Source of the DNA: Dehalococcoidia bacterium
Lineage (GTDB): Bacteria; Chloroflexota; Dehalococcoidia; UBA2979
Length of the DNA: 56,999 nt
Direction: 5' to 3'
Assembly: GCA_004296805.1 (NCBI GenBank)
Contig: SCVR01000175.1
Span: forward strand, 1-56,999
Made by a program: the position numbers and the translations under genes. The notes under the pieces are model-generated. The model had not been told where the DNA came from. It was given only the letters and a program-made list of their open reading frames with translations, and searched no databases. Below are positions 25,187 through 34,165 of this stretch, piece after piece. Positions within the stretch are counted from its first letter, which is position 1; the number at the start of each line of letters is the position of its first letter.

Positions 25187-26386
25187 ATGTCGCTTCAGAT
25201 CAACACGAACGTCGCCGCGCTGAACGCGCAGCGGAACCTCGCAGGCACGAACCGTCGCCTGGGTGGCATCTTCGAGAAGCTGTCGAGCGGCATGCGGATC
25301 AACCGCGCCGCGGACGACGCGGCCGGACTGGCCATCTCCGAGAAGATGCGGGCCCAGATCCGCGGCATGCAGCAGGGCCAGCGCAACGCGCAGGACGGCG
25401 TGTCCATGCTGCAGACCACGGAAGGCGCACTGAACGAGGTGCACAACACCTTGCAGCGTATCCGTGAGCTCTCCGTGGAAGCGGGCAACACGACGCTTTC
25501 GGCGTCTGACCGTCAGGCCATCGGTGAGGAAATGCTCGCCCTCCGGACCGAGATCGACAACATCGGCAACCGGACGCGCTTCAACGGCCAGCAACTGCTG
25601 ACCGGTGCCCTGGCCGTGACGCTGGACTCCGCGAACTCGACGGCGGACACGGTGACGTACGCCAACGGTGGCGCGACGACTTCGGTGTCCTCGATCGACG
25701 TGTCGCGCGCAGACGCCGGTGAGACGTACACGTTCTCGGCGGCCGGCGCGGTCCTCACCCTGACCCACGACGACGGCAACGGCTACGTGCGGACGGAGAC
25801 GGCGACGGTCCAGGCGATGGGCGCCAGCGGCTCGCAGTCCGTGATCTTCGAAGAGCTCGGCGTGACACTGAACCTCGCGCACGACGCGAACGCGGCAAAC
25901 CACACGGGTGCGAACCTCGCGAACGCGCTCGACACGACGACCATCGTGACGGGTGGCAGCGGGAACGCGACGTTCCGCGTGGGCGCGGAAGTCGGTGACG
26001 ACATCTCGGTGGCGTTCCAGGACATGCGGTCGAGTGCACTGGGCAACGCCTCGAAATTGGACACGCTGATCCCGGACAACGATGCGGTGTCGACCGGGGC
26101 GAAGGCGGACACGCTGCTCGCTTCGGTGGACGCGGCGATGGCGCAGGTCTCGTTGTTCCGCGCGAAGTTGGGCGCCGTGCAGAACCAGATGGACACGGCG
26201 GTGAACAGTCTGGCCGTGTCGGTGGAGAACCTGTCGGCGTCTGAGTCTCGTATCCGCGACGCGGACATTGCCGAGGTGTCCAGCAAGATGATCTCGCAGC
26301 AGATCATGCAGCAGGCCGGTGTAGCGGTCCTGGCGCAAGCGAACACGGCCCCGCAGGCGGTGCTGTCGCTGCTCCGCGGCGGGTAG
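25187..26386 (+). CDS. fliC: Flagellin (copy 2)
   Basis: MSLQINTNVAALNAQRNL...RINRAADDAAGL...SRIRDADIAEVSS...AQANTAPQAVLSLLRGG. I chose ATG 25187 as the start. Confidence 0.95.
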   Translation: MSLQINTNVAALNAQRNLAGTNRRLGGIFEKLSSGMRINRAADDAAGLAISEKMRAQIRGMQQGQRNAQDGVSMLQTTEGALNEVHNTLQRIRELSVEAGNTTLSASDRQAIGEEMLALRTEIDNIGNRTRFNGQQLLTGALAVTLDSANSTADTVTYANGGATTSVSSIDVSRADAGETYTFSAAGAVLTLTHDDGNGYVRTETATVQAMGASGSQSVIFEELGVTLNLAHDANAANHTGANLANALDTTTIVTGGSGNATFRVGAEVGDDISVAFQDMRSSALGNASKLDTLIPDNDAVSTGAKADTLLASVDAAMAQVSLFRAKLGAVQNQMDTAVNSLAVSVENLSASESRIRDADIAEVSSKMISQQIMQQAGVAVLAQANTAPQAVLSLLRGG

Positions 26387-26408
26387 CCCCCGACCGATGT
26401 CCCCCCTC

Positions 26409-26438
26409 CCGGGCGGCCCGTGATCGCGGGCCGCCCGG
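26409..26438 (+). terminator. GC-rich hairpin after flagellin 2
   Basis: CCGGGCGGCCCG-TGATCG-CGGGCCGCCCGG, a 12 bp perfect stem with no clear U-tract. Confidence 0.5.
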
Positions 26439-26553
26439 TGTGATCTGCGGGTAATTCCCGACGCTGCGCGGCAGGGCACCGGACGATGATTCGGACGGGA
26501 TCGCCTCGGCTGTTGCGGCAGCGCACGGCGCGGCGTTTCAGCGAGGACGGTGC

Positions 26554-26895
26554 GTGATGCCCGACCTGCGGATTGAGCGCGGCCCGACTCCGCTGGGCCC
26601 GGCGGCAGTCAACGCCGAGCAACGGCGGAGCGGCGGCGACGGATCTCGGCGGGACCGTCGGGACGGTGAGCCGCACTCGGCGCCGGGCGTGGAGGAGTTG
26701 TCGGTGGCGCTGCATGAAGAGGGGCGAAAGCACCTCGTCGCGCGGCTGGTGACGGACGACTCGGGCGAGACGCGGGTGCGGATTGTGGACACGGAGCGAG
26801 ACGAGACGGTGGCCGTGCTGACACCTGACGAGTTGCGCGCGCTGGCGGCGCAGACGGGGCTCCCGCCCGGCCTGCTGCTGCAGGCGCGGTCTTAG
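26554..26895 (+). CDS. flaG: FlaG-family flagellar protein
   Basis: RVRIVDTERDETVAVLTPDELRALA resembles the FlaG C-terminal motif. It sits directly upstream of fliD. Confidence 0.65.
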   Translation: MMPDLRIERGPTPLGPAAVNAEQRRSGGDGSRRDRRDGEPHSAPGVEELSVALHEEGRKHLVARLVTDDSGETRVRIVDTERDETVAVLTPDELRALAAQTGLPPGLLLQARS

Positions 26896-26905
26896 AGGGC
26901 CTCGG

Positions 26906-29293
26906 ATGGCGATCTCGGGCAGCAGTTCGAGTGGACGGATCACGTTCGGGGGCCTGGCGTCAGGCCTCGACACGAACTCGATCATCGAGCAGTTGATGTC
27001 CGTGGCGCAGCGTCCGATCACGCTGGCGCAAAGGCAGCGCAACACGATTGAGACGAAGTCAGCGGCGATCGGGAAAGTCGCCTCGGCGCTGTCTGCGCTT
27101 CAGACGAGGGTGCAGACGCTCAACACGACGAACACCTACCGGACGCGGGTCGCGAACGTCCTTGCGGCAACGGCGGATGCGAACAAGGTCAGCGTGAGCG
27201 CGGCCCCGGGCGCGTCCGTGGGCGGGTTCACCCTCAACGTGACGGCGCTGGCAACGGCGACGAAGGCGACCAGCGCGCAGGCTGCCGGGTCCGCGGTGGA
27301 CGTGAACGCGCCGCTGGACCAGTCCGGGATGAGCCCCACCGTCTCCGCCGGGACGTTCTCGATCAACGGGACGGCGTTCACCATCGACCCTGCGACGGCC
27401 GAGGCGCTCACGAGCGCAGCGAGCATTGGTGCCACGACGACGGCGGCGCAGACACTGTCCACGGCAGGCCTCGACATCACGCCGGCGGCGTCCGGGACGT
27501 TCACGGTGAACGGCGAGACGATCACGTGGGCGGACAGTGACACGATCAACGACGTGATCGGCTACATCAACGCCTCGGCGGCGGGTGTCACGGCGTCGTT
27601 CGACACCAACACGAAGCAGTTCACGCTGACGCATGACACGCTGGGCACCGGCCAGGTGATCACGATCGCCGACACGTCCGGGAACTTCCTGGAGGCGATG
27701 AAGCTGGTCAATGGTGGTGGCGGGGTCATCGGCACGGCGACCGCCGGCACCGACATGCCGTCGCTCAGCGACCTCGTGGCGGACATCAATGGGGCAGCGC
27801 TCGGCGTGACGGCGACGGTGGAGAACGACGCGTGGGCGCGCCCGAACCTGCTGCAGATCGCCGGCGCCTCTCCGGTGCAACTCGGATCCGCGGCTGACAC
27901 CAGCAACTTCCTCCGCGCGGCGAGCCTGCTGTCGTCCCCGACGGGGAACACCCGGATCAGCCAGCGTGGCCTCGGCGGGCTCGATATCACATCCGACCTG
28001 ACCGACTCGCGGCTGTCGACCGCGCTGACGCAGGCGACGGGGTCGTTCAAGGTGAACGGGGTTTCGTTCGACTACGACTCCGCGGTGGACTCGATCAGCA
28101 ACATCATTTCGCGCATCAACTCGTCGTCTGCGGGGGTCACGGCCAGTTACGACCCGTTCGCGGACGGCCTCACGTTGACGAACAACGCCACTGGCGCGAT
28201 CGCGGTGGGCGTGGAAAACGTCGCGGGGAACTTCCTGACGGCGGTCGGGATCATCGGGGCGACGCAAAGCATCGGTGGGAACGCGGCATACTCGATCGAC
28301 GGCGGCGCGACGCGGTACTCGACCTCGAACGTCATCGACGACGCTCTGACCGGTGTGACGATCACGGTGCGCGACACGACGTCGCAGGCGGTCAAGGTGG
28401 ACATCTCCGTCCAGACGCAGAACGTGGTGGATGCGGTGACGCAGTTCGTGTCCTCGTATAACGACGCGAACAAGGTGATGGGCGACCTCACGAAGTATGA
28501 CCCGACGGGGAAGGCGAACGGCATCCTGTTCGGGGACGGCACGGTGCGCCAGATCCAGACGAACATCCGGCGACCGGTGACCAGCGCGGTGGCCGGGATG
28601 ACCGGAAGCATCCGATCGCTGTCGGACGTGGGCATCTCGTTCGGCGCGGTGGGGTCGGCGGTCGGGTCCACCGACACGCTGGTGTTCGACTCGGCGAAGT
28701 TGATCGCGGCGCTGAAGAGCCAGCCGGAGGCGGTGGCGAAGCTGTTCACGGCGTTCAGCCCGGCTGCGTCGCTGGTCGCGGCGGGGACCGGCTCGATCGC
28801 CTCGCTGTCGGGGACGCCGACGCAGGCGACGAAGTCGGGTTCGTACAGCGTGGTGTCTACGGGGACGGGGGCACTGACGGCGACGTTCACACCGAACGAC
28901 GGATCGGCGGCGGTGACCACGAGCGGGAACATCACGGCGGGCGGTACGAACACCTCGTTGATCCCGGGGGTGACGCTGACCGGGAAGCCGGTCCTCGTGG
29001 CCGGCACGGACACCATCGCGATCACGGCGACCCAGCAGGGCTTCGCCAAGACGCTGTTCGAGTACATCGGCGTGCTGACGAAGACGAACGGGATGCTCAC
29101 CGCACGGACCGATGAGATGTCCACGACGATGAAGGACATCGACGAGCAGATCACGAAGATGCAGGCACGCCTGGACGTGCGCGAGCAGCAACTGGTGAAG
29201 AAGTTCTCCCAGATGGAGTCCACGATTGCGCGGATGCAGAGCCAGCAGCAGGCGCTGACAAAGATGCAGGCGCAGACGGGCGGGAACGGTTAA
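26906..29293 (+). CDS. fliD: Flagellar filament cap protein FliD (hook-associated protein 2), unusually long (795 aa)
   Basis: N-terminus ITFGGLASGLDTNSIIEQLMSVAQRPITLAQRQRNTIETK and a C-terminal coiled region ...QLVKKFSQMESTIARMQSQQQAL. Confidence 0.9.
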   Translation: MAISGSSSSGRITFGGLASGLDTNSIIEQLMSVAQRPITLAQRQRNTIETKSAAIGKVASALSALQTRVQTLNTTNTYRTRVANVLAATADANKVSVSAAPGASVGGFTLNVTALATATKATSAQAAGSAVDVNAPLDQSGMSPTVSAGTFSINGTAFTIDPATAEALTSAASIGATTTAAQTLSTAGLDITPAASGTFTVNGETITWADSDTINDVIGYINASAAGVTASFDTNTKQFTLTHDTLGTGQVITIADTSGNFLEAMKLVNGGGGVIGTATAGTDMPSLSDLVADINGAALGVTATVENDAWARPNLLQIAGASPVQLGSAADTSNFLRAASLLSSPTGNTRISQRGLGGLDITSDLTDSRLSTALTQATGSFKVNGVSFDYDSAVDSISNIISRINSSSAGVTASYDPFADGLTLTNNATGAIAVGVENVAGNFLTAVGIIGATQSIGGNAAYSIDGGATRYSTSNVIDDALTGVTITVRDTTSQAVKVDISVQTQNVVDAVTQFVSSYNDANKVMGDLTKYDPTGKANGILFGDGTVRQIQTNIRRPVTSAVAGMTGSIRSLSDVGISFGAVGSAVGSTDTLVFDSAKLIAALKSQPEAVAKLFTAFSPAASLVAAGTGSIASLSGTPTQATKSGSYSVVSTGTGALTATFTPNDGSAAVTTSGNITAGGTNTSLIPGVTLTGKPVLVAGTDTIAITATQQGFAKTLFEYIGVLTKTNGMLTARTDEMSTTMKDIDEQITKMQARLDVREQQLVKKFSQMESTIARMQSQQQALTKMQAQTGGNG

Positions 29294-29429
29294 CGGGCGC
29301 AGATTGGTGGCGCGTGTCAGGGTTTCCCCGACGTGTAAGCGTGCTCCGGAGCCGATGGTCTCTCTGACGGGCAGCCCACACCGACAGGCGTGGCGCAGCC
29401 GTCTGAGACTCGGACGAGCCGGAGGCACG

Positions 29430-29852
29430 ATGAACCAGGCCGCGCACGACACGTACCTGCGCATCCAGACGGAGACGGCCTCTCCGGGCCAGTTGATCAT
29501 CATGCTGTACGACGCCCTGCTGCGGAGCCTGGGCAAGGCGGAGATGGCGATCACCGCGAACGACATCGAGAGCGCGCACGCGTCGCTGCTGCGGAGCCAG
29601 GACGTGGTGCTGGAGTTGATCGCGAGCCTGGACATGACGGCGGAGGGCGAGGCGGGCGTGATGGCACGGAAGTTGGCCCCGCTCTACGAGTACATCTACC
29701 GCCGGACGCTGGACGCGAGCCTGCGCAAGGACGTGGCCCCGGTGCAGGAGGCGGTGCGCCTGATCACGCCGCTGCGCGCGTCCTGGCAGTCCGCCCTGGA
29801 GTCGCTGGCATACGAGGCGGGTGGCGCAGCCACGGGGGCCCTCCGTGGGTAG
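29430..29852 (+). CDS. fliS: Flagellin-specific chaperone FliS
   Basis: YLRIQTETASPGQLIIMLYDALLRSL...IESAHASLLRSQDVVLELIASLD...LAPLYEYIYRRT. ATG 29430 follows GGAGG. Confidence 0.9.
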   Translation: MNQAAHDTYLRIQTETASPGQLIIMLYDALLRSLGKAEMAITANDIESAHASLLRSQDVVLELIASLDMTAEGEAGVMARKLAPLYEYIYRRTLDASLRKDVAPVQEAVRLITPLRASWQSALESLAYEAGGAATGALRG

Positions 29853-30249
29853 CGCGGCGCTCCAGTTCGAGCTGCTGCGGGAGATCTTCGATCTCGCCCG
29901 TGCCCAGCGCGCGAGCCTGGAGGCGGACGACATCGACCGCGTGATGGATCTGATGTCCGAGCGGGAGACGCTGCTGGAGCGGCTGACGCGTCTTGCGGAG
30001 GCGCACGCGGAGTTCCCGGAGAACGTGGTGGTGTTCCCGCGCGCCGTGGACGTGATGCAGCAGGACGCGATCGCCCTCGACACGGTGATCCGCGGGATCC
30101 TGGAGCACGACCGCCAGAACGAGGCGTTGCTGCAGGAGAAGATGGCCCAGATCCGCGAGGAGTTGCCTCGGGTACGCCAGGCGTTCCGTGCGGCGAACGC
30201 ATACCGCTCGCCTGACGTCGCACCGGCATACGTGAACCGCCAGTCGTAG
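29845..30249 (+). CDS. Putative flagellar export chaperone (FlgN/FliT-like helical protein)
   Basis: All-helical ~134 aa with a heptad-like LQFELLREIFDLARAQRASLEADDIDRVMDLMSERETLLERL. The assignment rests on position after fliS. The GTG 29845 start overlaps the fliS stop. Family assignment is tentative. Confidence 0.45.
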   Translation: MGSAALQFELLREIFDLARAQRASLEADDIDRVMDLMSERETLLERLTRLAEAHAEFPENVVVFPRAVDVMQQDAIALDTVIRGILEHDRQNEALLQEKMAQIREELPRVRQAFRAANAYRSPDVAPAYVNRQS

Positions 30250-30260
30250 GCGAGATCAGG

Positions 30261-30992
30261 GTGCCCGGCATGTCCGAGATCCACCCACCCAGTGTCCGAG
30301 GGGCATCACGCACCGGCCGCCGCGCCTCGCGCAGCGTGCGATGGGGCGCGACCGCGGCGGTGGTGGTGCTCGCCTCGGCGTGCGGGTTCCTGATGGCAGG
30401 GACCGGGCTGGAGGTGTCACCTCAGTCCGCGGCATACCAGCAGGCGGCGGCGGGCGCGGCGGCGCGGATCGCCTCGGGTGGTGGAGTGCGGCCGCAGCCG
30501 GCACCGTGGCGGCCTGCAGTGGCGGCGGAGGCGAACCCGGTCGAGTTCATCAAGGGCTCGAAGGCGGTGCTGTCTCCGGCGTTCGCGAACCGGGTGGTGA
30601 TCCGCTCGGTGGGCATCGACGCCGTGGTGCAGCCGGTGGGGCTGGTCTTCACGGGTGGGAAGTTGCAGTACGACGTGCCGTACCTGGAGGCCGGGCAGTA
30701 CGTCGGGAGCGCCCAGCCGGGGCGGCCAGGGAACGCGGTCATCGGCGGGCACGTGTCGCGCCGGGGGACGCCGGGGGTGTTCGCGAAGCTGCCGAAAGTT
30801 GCGGCAGGGGATGTAGTGGAGGTCTTCAGGGGCGACCAAATCTTCCGATACTCCGTAACAGAAATCCGTGTCGTCGCATCGGATGCGACGGGCGTGATGA
30901 GTCAAACGCAGGACGCGACTTTGACGCTCATCACCTGCTTCCCGGATGACGCGCTGCGCGAGCGGCTCGTCGTGGTGGGGAAGTTGATGTAG
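30261..30992 (+). CDS. Sortase-family transpeptidase embedded in the late flagellar operon
   Basis: TM anchor (AAVVVLASACGFLMAG). Catalytic-type motifs are VIGGHVS (His), LTLITCFP (TLxTC) and RERLVVVGK (Arg). There is an 11 nt gap to the upstream gene. Confidence 0.8.
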   Translation: MPGMSEIHPPSVRGASRTGRRASRSVRWGATAAVVVLASACGFLMAGTGLEVSPQSAAYQQAAAGAAARIASGGGVRPQPAPWRPAVAAEANPVEFIKGSKAVLSPAFANRVVIRSVGIDAVVQPVGLVFTGGKLQYDVPYLEAGQYVGSAQPGRPGNAVIGGHVSRRGTPGVFAKLPKVAAGDVVEVFRGDQIFRYSVTEIRVVASDATGVMSQTQDATLTLITCFPDDALRERLVVVGKLM

Positions 30993-31062
30993 CGCGACCC
31001 CGCGCCCCCTCCGGACGGACCGGTGAGGCGTAGGATGGTCGAGGTCGAAGGAGCAGTCAGCG

Positions 31063-31329
31063 TTGGAGATTTCCGACTTCTCGGCGGCGCGTGTGCGCCG
31101 CGCCAGTGACCCGTCCACCCCTCGGCTGCCGCGTCAGGCCGCAGCTTCGCCGGAGGCCGCGCCTACGGACCGCATCGAGGTCTCTGCGGAAGGCCGCGCG
31201 TTGATCGGCGCGGACGAGTTGGCCCGCGCCCGGCGCGTGGCGGAACTCCGCGCGAAGGTGGACGCGGGCACGTACTCCGTGGACCCCGCCGAGGTGGCTC
31301 GCCGGATGGCGGAGCGCGGCGAAGCGTAA
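31063..31329 (+). CDS. flgM: Anti-sigma-28 factor FlgM
   Basis: C-terminal RRVAELRAKVDAGTYSVDPAEVARRMAE matches the FlgM signature. The TTG start comes from the ORF track and the exact start is uncertain. Confidence 0.7.
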   Translation: MEISDFSAARVRRASDPSTPRLPRQAAASPEAAPTDRIEVSAEGRALIGADELARARRVAELRAKVDAGTYSVDPAEVARRMAERGEA

Positions 31330-31355
31330 GCGCTCGATCCTCACGAAGCCTGTCC

Positions 31356-31380
31356 AGCCCCCCGCCAGAAGCGGGGGGCT
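31356..31380 (+). terminator. Intrinsic terminator after flgM
   Basis: AGCCCCCCGC-CAGAA-GCGGGGGGCT, a 10 bp perfect stem, followed by CTTCGTGT. Confidence 0.6.
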
Positions 31381-31479
31381 CTTCGTGTCCTCGTCAGGCA
31401 CTCCTGACCATGCGTCGCGGGGATTCCCTCATACGGATGGCGGGGCCTCGTCCGTAACCTCGTCCGCGAGGCAAGGAGT

Positions 31480-33093
31480 GTGCGCGTGGGCTCGACGACG
31501 TCTCGTCTCTTCGACATCTGGGGTGGCCTCTCGCCCGCGCGCAAGGGGATGCTGACGGCGACCGCCATCGGCCTCGTGGCGATCTTCTTCTTCGTGTACT
31601 CATGGTCCGGCCGTACCGAGTTCGTGACCCTCTACTCCGGCCTGGACCCCGCGGACAGCGGGCGGATCGTGGAGCAACTGCGGGCACAGGGTGTGCCGTA
31701 CCAGGTGGACGGTGGCGGGACCTCTGTCCGTGTGGACGCGGCGAAGGCCGACGACATGCGGGTGAACTTCGCGGCGCAGGGGCTGCCTCAGGGTGGTTCC
31801 GTCGGCTTCGAGATCTTCCAGAACAACCAGTTCACGGCGACGGACTTCGTCCAGCGTTTGAACTTCCAGCGCGGCCTGCAGGGCGAACTCGCGCGGACGA
31901 TCGAGTCGTTCCCGGCCGTGGAGCACGCGCGCGTGCATTTGGTGTTGCCAGAGAAGTCGCTGTTCGCGAAGGACCAGCAGCCGGCGACCGCCTCCGTGGT
32001 CGTCGCGCTGCGTCCGGGGAAGCGGCTGCAGGGCAACGAGGTGAACGGCATCGCCCACCTGGTGTCCGGCGCGGTGCAGGGGCTCTCAAAGGACCGGATC
32101 ACGATCCTCGACCAGAGCGGCGCGATGATCTTCGACGGCGGCACGCAGAAGGAAGACGGCTTCGGGATGACGGCGTCCCAGCTCGGCCTGCAGCAGCAGT
32201 ACGAGCAGTCGTTGTCGGACAGCGCGCAGGGGATGCTCGACCGTGCCCTTGGACCCTCGAAGGCGACGGTCTCGGTGCGCGCGGCGATGAACTTCGACCG
32301 TGGCGAGGTGGAGAAAGAGACGTTCACGACGCCGGAGAAGGGCACGCCCCGATCCAGCAGCACCGTGACTGAGCAGTACACGACGGCGGCTGGCCTGGAT
32401 ACCGCAGGACAGATCCCGGGCGCGCTGGCGAACGTGCCGGGCGCGAACGGCAACCTGCCGGCGGCGGCGACACCCGCAGCGAGCGCTGGCGGTGGGACGA
32501 ACTACCAGCGGTCCGAGACCACCTCGAACTTCGAGGTCGACCGCACGAAGACGAAGTCGACGCTGGCGCCGGGGAAGGTTCAGCGGCTCACCGTGTCGTT
32601 GATCCTCGACGAGTCGGTCCCGCAGGAGCAGTTGGACGCGCTGAAGGCGAACGTCTCCGCGGCTGTGGGCCTGGACGACAAGCGCGGGGACACCATCGCA
32701 GTGTCGCGTGTGAAGTTCGACCGCTCGGCGATCGAGGAAGCACAGAAGGCGTTCAAGTCGGACGCGTCGCAACAGCGGCTGATGGGCTACGCCCGGCTGC
32801 TGCTCCCGGTGATCGTGCTGGCGCTGGGCTTTGTGTTCTTCCGGACGCTGATGAAGTCCGTGGGCCGTCGGGCAGGGGGCTTCAGTGCCTACGACTCGAA
32901 CGGCGTGATGTTGCCGGTGGGTGTCGGTGGCTCCTCGATGCAGCTGGCGCAGGCGCAGGCGGCGATCCGCGCGCTGCCGTCGCCGGACGCGGTGATCCAG
33001 AAGAGTGACCTGGAGATCTCGGTGGAGCGACTGGCGTCCTCCAACCCGGACAGCGTGGTCGAAGTAGTCCAGTCATGGCTGCGCGAGGACTAG
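31480..33093 (+). CDS. fliF: Flagellar M-ring protein FliF
   Basis: N-terminal TM, then YSGLDPADSGRIVEQLRAQGVPYQV...DMRVNFAAQGLPQGGSVGFEIF...LQGELARTI...ARVHLVLPEKSLF. A second TM lies near the C-terminus. Confidence 0.9.
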   Translation: MRVGSTTSRLFDIWGGLSPARKGMLTATAIGLVAIFFFVYSWSGRTEFVTLYSGLDPADSGRIVEQLRAQGVPYQVDGGGTSVRVDAAKADDMRVNFAAQGLPQGGSVGFEIFQNNQFTATDFVQRLNFQRGLQGELARTIESFPAVEHARVHLVLPEKSLFAKDQQPATASVVVALRPGKRLQGNEVNGIAHLVSGAVQGLSKDRITILDQSGAMIFDGGTQKEDGFGMTASQLGLQQQYEQSLSDSAQGMLDRALGPSKATVSVRAAMNFDRGEVEKETFTTPEKGTPRSSSTVTEQYTTAAGLDTAGQIPGALANVPGANGNLPAAATPAASAGGGTNYQRSETTSNFEVDRTKTKSTLAPGKVQRLTVSLILDESVPQEQLDALKANVSAAVGLDDKRGDTIAVSRVKFDRSAIEEAQKAFKSDASQQRLMGYARLLLPVIVLALGFVFFRTLMKSVGRRAGGFSAYDSNGVMLPVGVGGSSMQLAQAQAAIRALPSPDAVIQKSDLEISVERLASSNPDSVVEVVQSWLRED

Positions 33094-33121
33094 TGCGCGC
33101 GCAGCAGACTCGGAGGAACTG

Positions 33122-34165
33122 ATGGTGTCAGCGCCCGGCGAGGTCCGTAAGAACGCCTTCACCGATTCACGTGGCCGCCGCCGCGCGGCCGCGTTGCTGA
33201 TCGCGCTGGGGCCGGAGACGGCCGCGAAGGTGATGCGCACGCTGGCGGACGAGGACATTGGCCGGCTGACGTGGGAGATCGTCGGCATCGGCCAGTTGTC
33301 GTCGCAGGAGCGCGAGGACATCCTCGCGAACTTCTACGAGACGGCGATCGGGCGTGACTTCGTCTCCGTGGGTGGCCTCGAATACGCGCAGGAGATGTTA
33401 ACTCGCGCCATCGGCAAGGAGCGTGCGGACGAGATCACCTCTCGCCTCGGCAAGCACGCCGGGCCGCAGCCGTTCGCGTTCCTGCAGCAGGTGGACATCA
33501 AGGACCTGGTGAACTTCCTGCAGGGCGAGCACCCGCAGATGGTGGCGCTCATCCTCGCCTACTTGCACGTGGACAAGGCGTCCGAGGTGCTGTCCAACCT
33601 GCCCGAGGAGTTGCAGACGGAAGTCTCCGTGCGCATCGCGATGATGGAGCGCACGAGCCCGGACGTGATCGAAGAGGTGGAGGCGGTAATCCGCACCCGC
33701 CTCGGGTCCGTGTTCTCGCCGCGTGCAGATGTGGCGATGGCGGGCGGCATCGACGCCGTGGTGGAACTGCTGCGGAAGGTCGACCTCGCGACGGAGCGGG
33801 TGATCCTCGAAGGCCTCGAGCGGACGGACCCGGAGACGGCGAACGAAGTCCGGAAGCGGATGTTCGTCTTCGAGAACATCACCCTCCTGGACAACCGCTC
33901 GATCCAGCGCGTGCTGCGCGAGGTGGACTCGAAGGACCTCGGCCTGGCGCTCAAGGGCGCGACGGCAGAGGTGCGTTCGCGGGTCATCACGAACATGTCC
34001 GAGCGCGCGTCCAAGATGCTCGAGGACGACATCGCAGCGCTGGGCCCGGTACGCCTCGCACAGGTCGAGGAGGCACAGGGCCGCATCGTGAGTGTGATCC
34101 GACGCCTGGAAGAGGCCGAGGAGATCTTCGTGATGCGTGGCGGAGAGGAAGACATGCTTGTCTGA
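33122..34165 (+). CDS. fliG: Flagellar motor switch protein FliG
   Basis: AAALLIALGPETAAKVMRTL...EHPQMVALILAYL...IRKRMFVFENI...DNRSIQRVLREVDSKDLGLALKGA. Confidence 0.95.
   Translation: MVSAPGEVRKNAFTDSRGRRRAAALLIALGPETAAKVMRTLADEDIGRLTWEIVGIGQLSSQEREDILANFYETAIGRDFVSVGGLEYAQEMLTRAIGKERADEITSRLGKHAGPQPFAFLQQVDIKDLVNFLQGEHPQMVALILAYLHVDKASEVLSNLPEELQTEVSVRIAMMERTSPDVIEEVEAVIRTRLGSVFSPRADVAMAGGIDAVVELLRKVDLATERVILEGLERTDPETANEVRKRMFVFENITLLDNRSIQRVLREVDSKDLGLALKGATAEVRSRVITNMSERASKMLEDDIAALGPVRLAQVEEAQGRIVSVIRRLEEAEEIFVMRGGEEDMLV

Noticed and set aside
27059-29635. 858-aa ORF antisense to fliD/fliS
   Set aside because: It is Arg/Pro/His/Asp-rich with no domain signatures, and lies exactly opposite the well-supported fliD and fliS genes. 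This is typical shadow ORF behaviour in GC-rich DNA.
30993-31062. Sigma-28 promoters upstream of flgM and of flaG/fliD (26440..26553)
   Set aside because: I looked for TAAA-N15-GCCGATAA-like spacing and found none convincing. Only the flagellin-1 promoter meets the pattern.
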